A DNA stretch of 62,713 bases, the filler included. It is 6 parts of 6 records of this genome, joined end to end, with 100 filler letters (N's around TTAATTAATTAA, not from the genome) between each part and the next. Parts side by side here need not be neighbours in the genome. Positions count along the whole stretch, not along the records: positions 10,488 to 22,943 come from DRR723986_10328; 5 more parts are not named here. The stretch is one strand, 5' to 3'. Of this stretch, positions 10,488 to 20,496 are shown in pieces. The translations under genes and the position numbers were made by a program. The notes below the pieces were generated by a model. It worked only from the letters and a program-made list of their open reading frames with translations, was not told where the DNA came from and made no database searches. Every line of letters begins with the position of its first letter. Position 1 is the first letter of the stretch.

Positions 10488-10542
10488 TGGCGCGGGCTAT
10501 ATCTTTTTGGGCGATGTTGTTTGGCGGTAGGGATTTAGTGAT

Positions 10543-11133
10543 CTAGTCCCTAATGGCACCATTAATGACACGTTCTAAGTTGATTTTCGGGGGTGCCCGC
10601 AGGGTTTGCAGCACCACGCAACAGTGTTCTGCCGCCTCTAGCAGCGCGACCGCTTGCTCTGCCGGTACGTTTTCTGGCGTGTGAAGGTCCACTTTTACGG
10701 TGAGGTCCTGAAACCCAACCGGCACATCCCTGTCCATCATCAGGGTGCCGCGCACATCAGCGGTCAGACTGGCCGAAACGCTGAGGTGTGTCAGCGGGAT
10801 GCCCTTGAGCGCGGCAATCATGCGGATTGCCGTATCAAAGCAACTGGCCAGCGCTGCGGCGAGGATATCACCCGGGCAGGGAAAGTCGCTTTCGCCGCCC
10901 ACCGCGCGGTGCACCGATATCGGGATGTCCACCGGCAGGCCCTGACCACAGGTGATTTGTGTGTGGATTGGATGCGAGGCGGGGATATCACCATCCGAGG
11001 TCTGCGCATGATCCGTGACCAATGCGGCGGTTGGATCGGTGCGATAGTGGTCCCGTAAAGTCGCCTGTTTGTCTTTGATTTCAGGAGAGGTGCAGGCCCT
11101 GATCCGGTCCAGGTGTGCGTTTGATAAAGTCAC
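10543..11133 (-). CDS. OsmC/Ohr family protein
   Basis: GG...CPGDILAAALASC and AEHCCVVLQTL carry the two-Cys pattern of the OsmC family. Confidence 0.85.
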   Translation of the reverse strand: MTLSNAHLDRIRACTSPEIKDKQATLRDHYRTDPTAALVTDHAQTSDGDIPASHPIHTQITCGQGLPVDIPISVHRAVGGESDFPCPGDILAAALASCFDTAIRMIAALKGIPLTHLSVSASLTADVRGTLMMDRDVPVGFQDLTVKVDLHTPENVPAEQAVALLEAAEHCCVVLQTLRAPPKINLERVINGAIRD

Positions 11134-11135
11134 CT

Positions 11136-11873
11136 TTAGCGCCCTCGCCCAAGACTGGGCACAAAGGCCGGGACTTTGCGTTTGTAGGTTTGATAGTCCT
11201 CGCCCAGTTCCGCGATCAGGTCTTTTTCCTCGAGATACAAAACCGCGATGACGATGTATCCGGTGGTCACCAGCGCAAACAAAAGATGCCCGGTTGTCAT
11301 CATCGGTGTCGCCCAGAATGCGATCAGGAACCCGGTCATGATCGGGTGACGGACCAGACGATACAGGCCGACCTGAAGAAACCCCGGTGATACCGCAACA
11401 CGGGTTTTGAGGTTGGCGTAAACCTGTTTCAGACCAAACAAATCCAGATGATCAATCATAAAGGTTGATGTCAGAACCACACCCCAGCCGAGCCAGAACA
11501 GGCCCCATGCGGCGGTGCCGATCCATGTTCCTTGCACATCCCAGATCACCGTGGTCATGGGCTGCCAAGCCAGAAAGATCAGGATCAGCGCGAGGCATGT
11601 CATCAGGATATAGGTGCTGCGCTCTAATGCGTTGGGGATGCATTTCACCCACCAGCGTTTGAACGCAGGACGCGCCATCAGGCTGTGTTGCACCGCAAAG
11701 ACCGAGAGCACCGCCAGATTGATCATGACCGAGGGGAGCAGCGCGCCGGGTGTGCCGGAATCGATCGTCTTGAAGACCACAAAATTCCCGACAAAGGCGA
11801 TGGCATACAAAAACGTCGCTAAGAACAAGGCGTAGACCCCCACGTCATAGAAAAATCCAAATGTGCGGCCCAT
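11136..11873 (-). CDS. mddA: Methanethiol S-methyltransferase (ICMT-like membrane methyltransferase)
   Basis: QHSLMARPAFKRWW, ERSTY, DLFGL.QV, YRLVRHPIM.GF, FWATP.MT.GHL, EE motifs; AGGAGG RBS. Confidence 0.85.
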   Translation of the reverse strand: MGRTFGFFYDVGVYALFLATFLYAIAFVGNFVVFKTIDSGTPGALLPSVMINLAVLSVFAVQHSLMARPAFKRWWVKCIPNALERSTYILMTCLALILIFLAWQPMTTVIWDVQGTWIGTAAWGLFWLGWGVVLTSTFMIDHLDLFGLKQVYANLKTRVAVSPGFLQVGLYRLVRHPIMTGFLIAFWATPMMTTGHLLFALVTTGYIVIAVLYLEEKDLIAELGEDYQTYKRKVPAFVPSLGRGR

Positions 11874-12023
11874 GGTGACCTCCTGTTGTGTGCAAGCGCC
11901 TATGACATAAAGCGTGGGCACAGGATGCGGGTCTGGTGGCGGGGCGGATACTTTGGCAGGTGTAGTAAAGCGCTATTGATTCTGTAGTTGTCAGGTTGGT
12001 CCGCCCCGCCGTAGCGTTGGGGT

Positions 12024-12722
12024 ATGAAAACATCTGGCAACAAAGCATCGGGCAGCCTGTGTCCGGCGATGGCGTCCGCAGAGCTGATGGGGGACAAGTG
12101 GACCCTGCTTATCTTGCGTGAGATGTTCATGGGCACCAGCCGGTTCAACGGATTTCAAAAGGCGTTTCCGCGGATGTCTCCGTCGATCCTGAGCAAGCGG
12201 TTAAAGATGCTGGAAGCCGCTGAAATCGTGGTCCGCAAGGCGCCCATTGCCGGATCGACAGAGTACAAGCTGACGCGGTCTGGGCGCGAATTGGGCCCGA
12301 TCATCGAAGGCATGGCCGTTTGGGGTTTGCGCTGGCGCAGTCGCAATATCGTGGCGCGCGATTGCGATGTGGGCGGGTTCATGTGGGATTTTCACCGCAC
12401 GCTGAAGACCGAGCATTTGCCGGATGGGCAGACGGTTTTGTTTGTTCAGATCACGGATCGCGCAGAGCTGGACACGTGGTGGCTGATCGCCACTGATGGT
12501 GTTGTAGATCTGTGTACCGAAGACCCCGGCCATGAGGTGGATGTGTATTTGACCGCCTCGCTTGAGCATCTGATCGGGTTGTGGATGGGGGATATGCGCA
12601 TTCAAGACGCCACCGAGACCGGAAATGTGTTTCTGGATGGGCCACCCCATCTGGTGCGATCCGCGCCGGATTGGTTGGCGCAATCCCCGATGATTGATGT
12701 GAAACCGGCGGTTCGGGTTTAG
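12024..12722 (+). CDS. HxlR/MarR-type winged-helix regulator with SCP2-like C-terminal domain
   Basis: LCP....ELMGDKWTLLILRE, LSKRLKMLE, EYKLT..GREL; C-terminal DLC.EDPG.EVD. Confidence 0.88.
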   Translation: MKTSGNKASGSLCPAMASAELMGDKWTLLILREMFMGTSRFNGFQKAFPRMSPSILSKRLKMLEAAEIVVRKAPIAGSTEYKLTRSGRELGPIIEGMAVWGLRWRSRNIVARDCDVGGFMWDFHRTLKTEHLPDGQTVLFVQITDRAELDTWWLIATDGVVDLCTEDPGHEVDVYLTASLEHLIGLWMGDMRIQDATETGNVFLDGPPHLVRSAPDWLAQSPMIDVKPAVRV

Positions 12723-12729
12723 TCCCGCC

Positions 12730-13596
12730 TTAAGCCACGAAACAGGCGCGGTTTGCTTTGAACCCCTGCACCAGCTCTTGGCGAAAGGCTTTGACCTTGG
12801 CCGCGTGCCAGAGGTCACGATGGGCCACGACCCAGATATCGGCATAAGATTGCGGCGGCAGGACGGGCACCTGAACCAGACCTGCGGTGGCGCGGCCCAG
12901 AAACATCGGCGTTCTGAGGACGCCCAGACCGGCCTGCGCCGCGCCGATCATCGCCGCCATATCATCAAAGACCAGCCGCACGCGGGAATTTGGATAGGTG
13001 TCTGACACGCCTTTGGGCACGGTTGGGGCCTGTTCATAGACGATCCAGTCAATCTGGGCCTGCGGGTCCTTGGCGATACGCGCGGCCACCTCGGGCGCGG
13101 CAAAGCTGGCGGTGTGTTGTTCACACAAGCGCACCCCCATCAGGCTATCCCCCGGCGTGCGACTGATGCGAATGGCCAGATCGGCCTGCCGCTTTGAGAG
13201 ATCGAGCAATTCATTGCTGGCGCGCAGCTGGAGCGAGACATCCGGGTGCATCTTGGTGAACCGATCCAGCACCGGCGCGATATGTGGGCCGATCAGCAAT
13301 TGAGGTGCGGTGATCACAAGCGGCCCAGTTAGAGACTGATCCTGCCGTTGCAGGCTGCGCAGCAGGGCGTTCTGTTCCACCTCCATCCGGGCGGCATGAT
13401 CGGCCACGATCTGGCCTGTATCGGTCGGGTGATATCCATCGGGCAGACGGTCAAACAACCGCTGGCCCAGCGCCGTCTCGATCCGGCTGATCCGACGGGC
13501 CACGGTGGTATAGTTGACGCCCAGCCTTTCGCTGGCCCCGGCCAATGTCCCTGCGCGCACCACGGCGAGGACCATTTTCAGATCATCCCAGTCCAT
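12730..13596 (-). CDS. LysR family regulator
   Basis: MDWDDLK..LAV.R.GTL..A...LGVNYTTV.RRI..IE HTH; ADLAIR. Confidence 0.93.
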   Translation of the reverse strand: MDWDDLKMVLAVVRAGTLAGASERLGVNYTTVARRISRIETALGQRLFDRLPDGYHPTDTGQIVADHAARMEVEQNALLRSLQRQDQSLTGPLVITAPQLLIGPHIAPVLDRFTKMHPDVSLQLRASNELLDLSKRQADLAIRISRTPGDSLMGVRLCEQHTASFAAPEVAARIAKDPQAQIDWIVYEQAPTVPKGVSDTYPNSRVRLVFDDMAAMIGAAQAGLGVLRTPMFLGRATAGLVQVPVLPPQSYADIWVVAHRDLWHAAKVKAFRQELVQGFKANRACFVA

Positions 13597-13598
13597 GA

Positions 13599-13614
13599 CA
13601 TGCATAATTGCATG
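13599..13614. promoter_or_regulatory. Palindrome in the divergent LysR/DUF1330 intergenic region (candidate operator)
   Basis: CATGCA-TAAT-TGCATG immediately upstream of the LysR ATG. Confidence 0.4.
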
Positions 13615-13694
13615 GAGTACATGCAAAGACACGCGTTTTTCTCACCTGCGGCACTGCATAGATCCGGGTCATCAGCAGCAAACGGAGACCTGAG

Positions 13695-13976
13695 ATGATT
13701 TATGCCCTGTTCAAAGCCAACGTCACCAACCCCGAAGCGCTTGGTCAATATCGCGAAGGCGCAGGTGCGGCGCTAGCCCGCCACGGCGGCAAGGTAGAAA
13801 CCGCAACCCCAAGCGCAAGCGCGTTGGATGGGGCGCCTAGCATTCCAAACGTGGCGGCGTTGCTGTCTTTTCCCGATGCGGATGCAGCGCGGGCTTGGAT
13901 CAACGACCCGGAACTGGCCGATCTGCATGCCCTGCGCCGCAGCGCCGGTGAAACGGAAATCCTGTTACTCGGATAA
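13695..13976 (+). CDS. DUF1330 family protein
   Basis: Y...A...LARHGG, FPD..AARAW..DPE, RR motifs; GGAG RBS. Confidence 0.85.
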   Translation: MIYALFKANVTNPEALGQYREGAGAALARHGGKVETATPSASALDGAPSIPNVAALLSFPDADAARAWINDPELADLHALRRSAGETEILLLG

Positions 13977-14708
13977 AATGACAGGGCGTTCAGGGTCACT
14001 GGACGCCCTTTCTTTGTCCTTGGCATCGAAATCACGGATGATCCGGGACAGACGTTCGCCAATCAGGCGGCTGGTTTTGCGCGCCGGGTGAATCAGATCC
14101 GGCGCGAAATAGGTAAAGCCACCCGGCGGCACGATATGCGCCATGGAGGCAAACACAATGCCCTCTTCCTGGCCGGCGAGGCGCGCAATCCGGGCCTCCA
14201 TCTCGTCGCCATCGTCTTTGCAATGTTCAATCGGGGTCAATAGCTTGGGGCTGCGCAAATAACCGCTGTACAGCACCCGCGCCCCATCCGCGCGAATGCG
14301 GCGGAACAGGTCGGGGATCTGACCGCTGAGCCCATCCTTGGAGATCATCTGATCCATGACTTTGTCGCAGCGTCCGCAGCCACATCCAAACAACAGATCA
14401 TTGCCGCCGCCGGTCACGACAACCCAGTCCCAAGGCCCCTTTTCGTACTGATAGGGCACGGCAAAACCCTTTTTGTCGGGGCTGTAGTCACGGGTGAGCA
14501 TCCGGGCGCCGCTGACCGAATGATCAATGACAGGTTCGTTCAATTCCTCGGCGATCACTTTGGGGATGGAGCTGCCGAGAACCGAGTTCCACGCCATTAG
14601 CGAATCCCCGATGGCGAGAATGCGCACCTGACTGTCTTTGGACACAGCACCCTGACAGGTGGCGAGACCCAACAACAGGCCAACAAAGAGAATAGATTTC
14701 TTGAACAT
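13965..14708 (-). CDS. SGNH/GDSL hydrolase, exported
   Basis: AIGDSL, SVSGA, GGND, DLIHP blocks; N-terminal signal peptide. Confidence 0.9.
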   Translation of the reverse strand: MFKKSILFVGLLLGLATCQGAVSKDSQVRILAIGDSLMAWNSVLGSSIPKVIAEELNEPVIDHSVSGARMLTRDYSPDKKGFAVPYQYEKGPWDWVVVTGGGNDLLFGCGCGRCDKVMDQMISKDGLSGQIPDLFRRIRADGARVLYSGYLRSPKLLTPIEHCKDDGDEMEARIARLAGQEEGIVFASMAHIVPPGGFTYFAPDLIHPARKTSRLIGERLSRIIRDFDAKDKERASSDPERPVILSE

Positions 14709-14821
14709 CAGGCGCCGCGCCCTTCTAACAAATTTGCTGCAAATTATTCGCACGGTTCAATAGCTGCCAGACAAAGCTGGCAACATCATGGCACGCGCGG
14801 GAAAATGCGCAGACTAAACCG

Positions 14822-16006
14822 CTATCTCATACCCTGCACAGCCTGCGCCAGAACCCTGAGCCCAGCGACCAGATCCGTCTCGGCCGTGTCCTCGGCGAAA
14901 TCGTGGCTGATCCCGTTGATTGAGGGCACGAACAGCATCGCCACCGGCATCAGGCGTGACACATTGGTGGCGTCGTGCAACGCCCCCGAGGGCATCCGCC
15001 GCCATTTGCCCGGAGCAACGATTTCAGCCCCGGTTTCCAACGCGTCCCGCATCCGCCGGTCCATCGCCACCGGTTCGAGACCGAGGAGCGGGCCGTGCGA
15101 CATCTCTGTTTGCGTTTCATCGGCCACCTCTTGGGCGGTGGCAAAAATGATCTCTTCCATTCGGGCGAGACGATCAGCGTCACCATCGCGCCATTGCATC
15201 GAAAAGGTCACCCGCCCGGGCACGATTGAGGAGGCGTTGGGGTGCAGGCTCACATGCCCGATGGTCCAGACCGTGCGTGGGGTGACCACGTTGCGAAAGC
15301 GATCGTTCAGCAGCGTGTTGAACCGCGACAGGGCCTGAAACGCGTCCTGTCGCATGTGCATGGGCGTGGTGCCTGCATGGTTTTGCTGCCCGTCAAAGGT
15401 GATCTTCATGTCGCGAATGCCGACAATATCTGTCACCACACCGATCTGTTCGCCCTCGCGATCCAGTGTTGGTCCCTGTTCGATGTGCATTTCGACATAG
15501 CCGGTGAACAGCGCCGGATCGACGAAATCGCCAGTCAGGTGGGCATTCTCGGCGCGGGCCTGGGCCAATGTCACGCCGCTGTGGTCGGCAAATCCATCCG
15601 CCACATCCAGCGCCAGCCCCCCGGACCAGATTTCAGAGCCCGTGGTAACGCCGAACCGCCCTTCTTCGTCCTGAAAGCTGACGACAGAGATGGGCACGTC
15701 ACTGCTGCGCGCGACTTCGAGCGCGGCAATCACACCTAATGCGCCATCCAGCCAGCCACCTTCGGGTTGGCTGTCGGAATGCGATCCCATCAAAAGCGAT
15801 GGCCCGTCGGCCAAACCAAAGAGATTTCCCACCGGATCAAAATGTGGGCGCAACCCTGCATCGGTCATGCGCTCGGCCAACCATTGACGGGCGGCGATGT
15901 CTGCGGGGGAAAACGCCGGGCGCACGACGCCTTTGCCGACGCCTGAGGCCCCGAACTGCCGCAAATCATGCAGATCTTTGAGAAACCGTTGTGCATTCAC
16001 TGTCAT
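14822..16006 (-). CDS. M20 Zn-dependent amidohydrolase (N-carbamoyl-amino acid/allantoate amidohydrolase family)
   Basis: [45 protein letters not shown]. Confidence 0.92.
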   Translation of the reverse strand: MTVNAQRFLKDLHDLRQFGASGVGKGVVRPAFSPADIAARQWLAERMTDAGLRPHFDPVGNLFGLADGPSLLMGSHSDSQPEGGWLDGALGVIAALEVARSSDVPISVVSFQDEEGRFGVTTGSEIWSGGLALDVADGFADHSGVTLAQARAENAHLTGDFVDPALFTGYVEMHIEQGPTLDREGEQIGVVTDIVGIRDMKITFDGQQNHAGTTPMHMRQDAFQALSRFNTLLNDRFRNVVTPRTVWTIGHVSLHPNASSIVPGRVTFSMQWRDGDADRLARMEEIIFATAQEVADETQTEMSHGPLLGLEPVAMDRRMRDALETGAEIVAPGKWRRMPSGALHDATNVSRLMPVAMLFVPSINGISHDFAEDTAETDLVAGLRVLAQAVQGMR

Positions 16007-16188
16007 GGTGATCTTCCCCGCTCGTTCGGTCATCTTGCAGTCCAAGGTATCGTCGCGCCGCACGCTCGCAAGGGGCAACAGGCCACGCCCTGACGTTTTT
16101 CGCAAATACTCTCAAATACCCTGTGACAGGCTCTGGTTCCCCGCGCACATCCCCCCTAAGACTTGGGCGTAACGAGGAGCGCTGCAGA

Positions 16189-16839
16189 ATGTCTCATATC
16201 ACTTTGATCCGTCATGGTCAGGCCAACACCGAAGCCCGCGACGAAGAAAGCTACGATAAATTGAGCCCGTTGGGTCATCAACAGGCCCAATGGCTGGGTG
16301 CCCATTTGCGTGACAGCCATGCCCATCACCCACGGGTGTTTTCGGGCACGTTGACCCGGCATCTGGAAACAGCGGCAGGCATGGGCTTGGATGCGCCTAC
16401 ACAAGACGCGCGCTTGAACGAGATCGAGTATTTCAATCTGGCCACATTGCTGGAACAGCAACACGGCGTTGCGATCCCAACCGAGCGTGAGGGGTTCATC
16501 GAACATTTACCGTATGTTTTCAGCGCTTGGCAAAAAGGCGAGATTGAAAACCCACCCGAGAGCTTTGAGAATTTTGAGACGCGCGTGACCGAGGCGCTGA
16601 CCGAAATCTCCGCCGGGGCGGGTCCGGCGATTGTAGTGACATCGGGCGGGTTGATTTCGATGGTGATGCGTCAGGCGATGGGATTGGATATTCCATCTAT
16701 GGCGCGCATCGCTCTTGCCATCATGAACACGTCGATGCATCGTCTGTTCCCGATTGGCACGCATCTTAGCCCGGTGCTGTTCAACGCCGTTCCGCATCTG
16801 GAGACCCCAGAGCGGCACTATGCACAAACCCATCTCTGA
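16189..16839 (+). CDS. Histidine phosphatase family protein
   Basis: LIRHGQA, LS.LG..QA, RH.ETA motifs; GAGGAG RBS. Confidence 0.88.
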   Translation: MSHITLIRHGQANTEARDEESYDKLSPLGHQQAQWLGAHLRDSHAHHPRVFSGTLTRHLETAAGMGLDAPTQDARLNEIEYFNLATLLEQQHGVAIPTEREGFIEHLPYVFSAWQKGEIENPPESFENFETRVTEALTEISAGAGPAIVVTSGGLISMVMRQAMGLDIPSMARIALAIMNTSMHRLFPIGTHLSPVLFNAVPHLETPERHYAQTHL

Positions 16840-16851
16840 ACGGAGTCTCTG

Positions 16852-17466
16852 ATGCAGCTTTATTATGCGCCTGGAACCATTTCGATCGCCGTCGCCATTG
16901 CTTTGCAAGAAGCTGGGTTAGAGTACGAGGCGATCAGGTTGGACTTTGCCAGCGGTGAACAGACCAAAGCTGGCTTTGCCCAGATCAATCCCAAAGGCCG
17001 CGTGCCAGCGTTGATTGTGGACGGGGGTATTTTGACGGAAACCGGAGCGTTGCTGGATTATGTGGCGGCCGTGGCGCCAGAGGCCGGGTTGGTTCCAAGT
17101 GATCCGATCATGGCCGCGCGGATGCGGGAGGTGATGTATTACCTCGCCTCGACCATGCATGTGAACCACGCCCACAAAATGCGCGGCAGCCGCTGGGCCG
17201 ACAAAAAGGGCAGCTGGTCGGATATGAAGGCCAAAGTGCCTGCGACCATGACCGCATCTTGCGCCTATATCGAAACAAATGGCCTGCGTGGACCGTTTGT
17301 CTTGGGGGGTCAGATCAGTCTGGCGGATTGCTATTTGTACGTTGTGTGCAGCTGGTTAGAGGGGGATGGCGTCGACGTGTCCCAGTTCCCCAAAATCCTC
17401 GCGTTTCGCGACGCTATGGAGGCGCGCGCCTCGGTTCAAGCGGTCAAAGCCGCTGAAATGCTCTGA
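16852..17466 (+). CDS. Glutathione S-transferase
   Basis: INPKGRVPAL, LTETGA, SLAD.YL. Confidence 0.93.
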   Translation: MQLYYAPGTISIAVAIALQEAGLEYEAIRLDFASGEQTKAGFAQINPKGRVPALIVDGGILTETGALLDYVAAVAPEAGLVPSDPIMAARMREVMYYLASTMHVNHAHKMRGSRWADKKGSWSDMKAKVPATMTASCAYIETNGLRGPFVLGGQISLADCYLYVVCSWLEGDGVDVSQFPKILAFRDAMEARASVQAVKAAEML

Positions 17467-17480
17467 ATAAAGGACGAGAC

Positions 17481-18536
17481 ATGACACATCTCTGGGTACG
17501 GGCCGAACAACGCCTCAACGAAGACCGGGTGGGATTGACCCCCGAAGGCGCCAAGGCGTTGCTGGACGCTGGCATTCGTGTGACCGTCGAAGAAAGCAGC
17601 GTGCGCGCCATCCCGATGCAGGGCTATCGCGATGCGGGCTGTGAGATCGCGGCTGAAAATAGCTGGCCTGATGCGCCGTCGGATGCGATCATCTTTGGTC
17701 TGAAAGAACTGCCCGAAGACGGCACGCCCCTGCCCCACAAACACATCATGTTTGGTCATGCATTTAAGGGCCAGCATTCCGGCAAAGCTTTGCTAGAGCG
17801 GTTCAAGGCGGGCGATGGCACGCTGTATGATCTGGAATATCTGGTCGATGAAGCCGGGCGCCGGGTTGCGGCCTTTGGCTATTGGGCAGGCTATGCCGGT
17901 GCCGCTGTGACGCTAAAGGCTTGGGTGGCGCAGCAACGCGGCGACATCTGTGGCCCGGTCGGCGTGTATCCCGGCAAGGATGCGCTGCTGAGCGAGCTGG
18001 GCGCGGAACTGGATGCAAGCGGGGCCAACCGGCCAACCGCAATTGTCATCGGGGCGCTGGGGCGCGTTGGGACCGGCGCGGCGGACCTGTGCGAAGCCAT
18101 GGGCGTTGCGGTCACCAAATGGGACATGGCCGAGACCGCCAGCGGCGGGCCGTTTCCCGAAATTCTGAACCACGATCTGTTCCTGAACTGCATTTTTGCG
18201 CGTCCCGGCACGCCGGTCTTTGTGCCGCAATCTGCGCTGGACGCCGATCGGAGGCTGACGGCCATTGGCGATGTCGCCTGTGACCCGGACAGCGATTACA
18301 ACCCGGTCCCGGTCTATGACCGCGCCACCACTTGGGATGCGCCTGCATTGCGGGTTGCGGATGCCCCGGTGCTGGATGTCATGGCGATTGATAATCTGCC
18401 CTCGATGCTGCCAGTCGAAAGCTCGCATGACTATGCCGGGCAATTGCTGGCCTCGCTGTTGACCTTGACCGACCTGGAGACAGGGGTCTGGGGCCGGGCT
18501 GATGCGACGTTCAAACACCACATGCAGGATCTCTAA
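17481..18536 (+). CDS. Saccharopine dehydrogenase (lysine-forming) / lysine-ketoglutarate reductase, LYS1-like
   Basis: LWVRAE...E.R, GLKELP, HIMFGHAFKGQ, LYDLEYL, RRVAAFG..AG, IGALGRVG, IDNLPS.LP.ESS. Confidence 0.9.
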   Translation: MTHLWVRAEQRLNEDRVGLTPEGAKALLDAGIRVTVEESSVRAIPMQGYRDAGCEIAAENSWPDAPSDAIIFGLKELPEDGTPLPHKHIMFGHAFKGQHSGKALLERFKAGDGTLYDLEYLVDEAGRRVAAFGYWAGYAGAAVTLKAWVAQQRGDICGPVGVYPGKDALLSELGAELDASGANRPTAIVIGALGRVGTGAADLCEAMGVAVTKWDMAETASGGPFPEILNHDLFLNCIFARPGTPVFVPQSALDADRRLTAIGDVACDPDSDYNPVPVYDRATTWDAPALRVADAPVLDVMAIDNLPSMLPVESSHDYAGQLLASLLTLTDLETGVWGRADATFKHHMQDL

Positions 18537-18537
18537 G

Positions 18538-18786
18538 ATGGAACAATACGTTGGCTTTTTGGCGGCCATCCTAGGCACGGTCTGTTGGATTCCACAGGCG
18601 TGGAAGGCGTGGTCGACGCGGGATACCTCGGGGCTGTCGTTGCCGTCGAACCTGATGTTTTTGCTGACGGTTTCTTTGTGGCTGGCCTATGGGCTGATGG
18701 TGGGCGATCTGCCACTGATCTTGGCCAACGTCTGTGCGGTGATGGCGGTTTTGACCATCGTCACGGCCAAACTAAAATTCGGATAA
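18538..18786 (+). CDS. SemiSWEET (PQ-loop) transporter
   Basis: 82 aa, three TM helices, WIPQAWK..TRDT..LS, LWLAYG, PLILAN. Confidence 0.9.
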   Translation: MEQYVGFLAAILGTVCWIPQAWKAWSTRDTSGLSLPSNLMFLLTVSLWLAYGLMVGDLPLILANVCAVMAVLTIVTAKLKFG

Positions 18787-18799
18787 GGGAGACAACGAA

Positions 18800-19942
18800 A
18801 TGACAATCCACTGGTGTGGCACCGGCCTGTCGGCCATTCCCGGCCTGCGCCGCCTGATTGAAGCGGGACATCCCGTGACGGTCTGGAACAGAACGGTTGA
18901 AAAGGCCCAAGCGGCGGTTGGTGATCTGACGCAGGACATCCGGGCCTTTGATATCGACGCCTTGGGCGCGGTTTTAGCCAAAGGCGACGTGGTCGTTTCG
19001 ATGTTGCCCGGCGATTGGCATGTGCCAGTGGCTGAATTGGCCATCGCCAAGGGCGCAAACTTTGTCAGTTCATCCTACATCGCGCCGGAAATGCGTGCCT
19101 TGGACGACAAAGCCCGTGCGGCTGGTGTTGCACTGGTGAACGAAGTGGGCTTGGACCCCGGTATCGACCATCTGATGGCCCATACTTTGGTGGATCAATA
19201 TCGCGCATCCGATGCCTTTGACGGCGAAAACCATCTGAGCTTTATTTCCTATTGTGGCGGTATTCCGAAATACGAGAACCCGTTCCGGTATAAATTCAGC
19301 TGGTCGCCTTTGGGTGTGCTCAAAGCGCTGCGTTCGCCATCGAAGTCGATCCGCAACTACGAACCGTTTGATGTGGCGCGGCCATGGGATGCGATTTCGA
19401 GCTATGAGGCACCGCTGCCGACGCCCGAGAGCTTTGAAGTGTATCCGAACCGGGATTCGCTGCCGTTCATGGCGCAGTATCATTTCGATGAAAAATGGCC
19501 GGTCAAAGAATTTGTGCGTGGCACCTTGCGTTTGAATGGCTGGACCGACGCGTGGGATGGTGTGTTCAAAGAGGTCGAAAGCCTGTCAGGGCCCGAAGGG
19601 GATGCGCGTCTGGTTGAGATGTCCGATCAATTCTGGGCTGAAAATGCTTATGACGAGGGCGAACCAGACCGGGTTGTGATGTGCGTCAGCCTCAAGGCCG
19701 AAAAAGGCGATGCTGTGGCGTGGCACAAAACCTATGTGATGGATGCATGGGGCGATGAGAACGGCACCGCGATGGCCCGTTTGGTCTCGATCCCTGTGTC
19801 CTTGGCCATTGAGGCTGTGATGGGCGGCAAAATTTCTGCTGGTGTGCATGCCGCGCCGAGTGATCAGAAATTGGTCGATGCTTGGATGTCTGAAATCGAC
19901 ACTTTGGCCCAGCACCTGCAGGTTGTGGATCACAACGCCTAA
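18800..19942 (+). CDS. Saccharopine dehydrogenase (glutamate-forming), LYS9-like
   Basis: SSSYI, NEVGLDPGIDH, SYCGG, YKFSWSP.GVL, YPNRDS, RGTLR. Confidence 0.9.
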   Translation: MTIHWCGTGLSAIPGLRRLIEAGHPVTVWNRTVEKAQAAVGDLTQDIRAFDIDALGAVLAKGDVVVSMLPGDWHVPVAELAIAKGANFVSSSYIAPEMRALDDKARAAGVALVNEVGLDPGIDHLMAHTLVDQYRASDAFDGENHLSFISYCGGIPKYENPFRYKFSWSPLGVLKALRSPSKSIRNYEPFDVARPWDAISSYEAPLPTPESFEVYPNRDSLPFMAQYHFDEKWPVKEFVRGTLRLNGWTDAWDGVFKEVESLSGPEGDARLVEMSDQFWAENAYDEGEPDRVVMCVSLKAEKGDAVAWHKTYVMDAWGDENGTAMARLVSIPVSLAIEAVMGGKISAGVHAAPSDQKLVDAWMSEIDTLAQHLQVVDHNA

Positions 19943-20009
19943 GCTAGGCGTTTGTTAAGACTGCCCTTTCCGAAGGCTGATATTCGGAGAGGGCACCCAA
20001 ACCCTGATG

Positions 20010-20327
20010 TTACATCAGATCGTTTTCGACATCCTCGGCAGAGATGCCAAGCGCGTCCAACCCGTTTTCCAGATGGTCCGACAGGTGCGGTGTTCCGATC
20101 AGGTAGTCAGCACAGGGGGTTGAGGCCTCGGCCCGGGCGGTTGCAACGGCTTCAGCCCAGTCTTGTGCATCAAAGCTGTCGCGCCCGATCCACATGATGG
20201 CGACCAGTTCGGCCTGCCCATCGACGCTGATGCGATCAATGAACGCGCGCAACTCGCCCTCAGCCCGTCCCAATTCGCGCGCCATCATCGCAACCTGCGC
20301 CACTTGTTGTGCAGAAATTTCCAACAT
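20010..20327 (-). CDS. DUF3775 family protein
   Basis: ELVAIMWIGR, A...A, DYLIGTP.L.D.LE.GL. Confidence 0.85.
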   Translation of the reverse strand: MLEISAQQVAQVAMMARELGRAEGELRAFIDRISVDGQAELVAIMWIGRDSFDAQDWAEAVATARAEASTPCADYLIGTPHLSDHLENGLDALGISAEDVENDLM

Positions 20328-20496
20328 TTTCGTAGTCCTTTTCTGTTCGCATCCGTTGTTCGGCATCAGACAGGATTGTTCCCCTCGGCGTCTTTGACCT
20401 ACCGCAAATGCGCGGACCCAAGATCATTTGTGAAAAATGACATTAACGCCCGAAAACCGGCGTCCTCTGGTTTGGTTTTGCTGCTATCGTGCGGGC

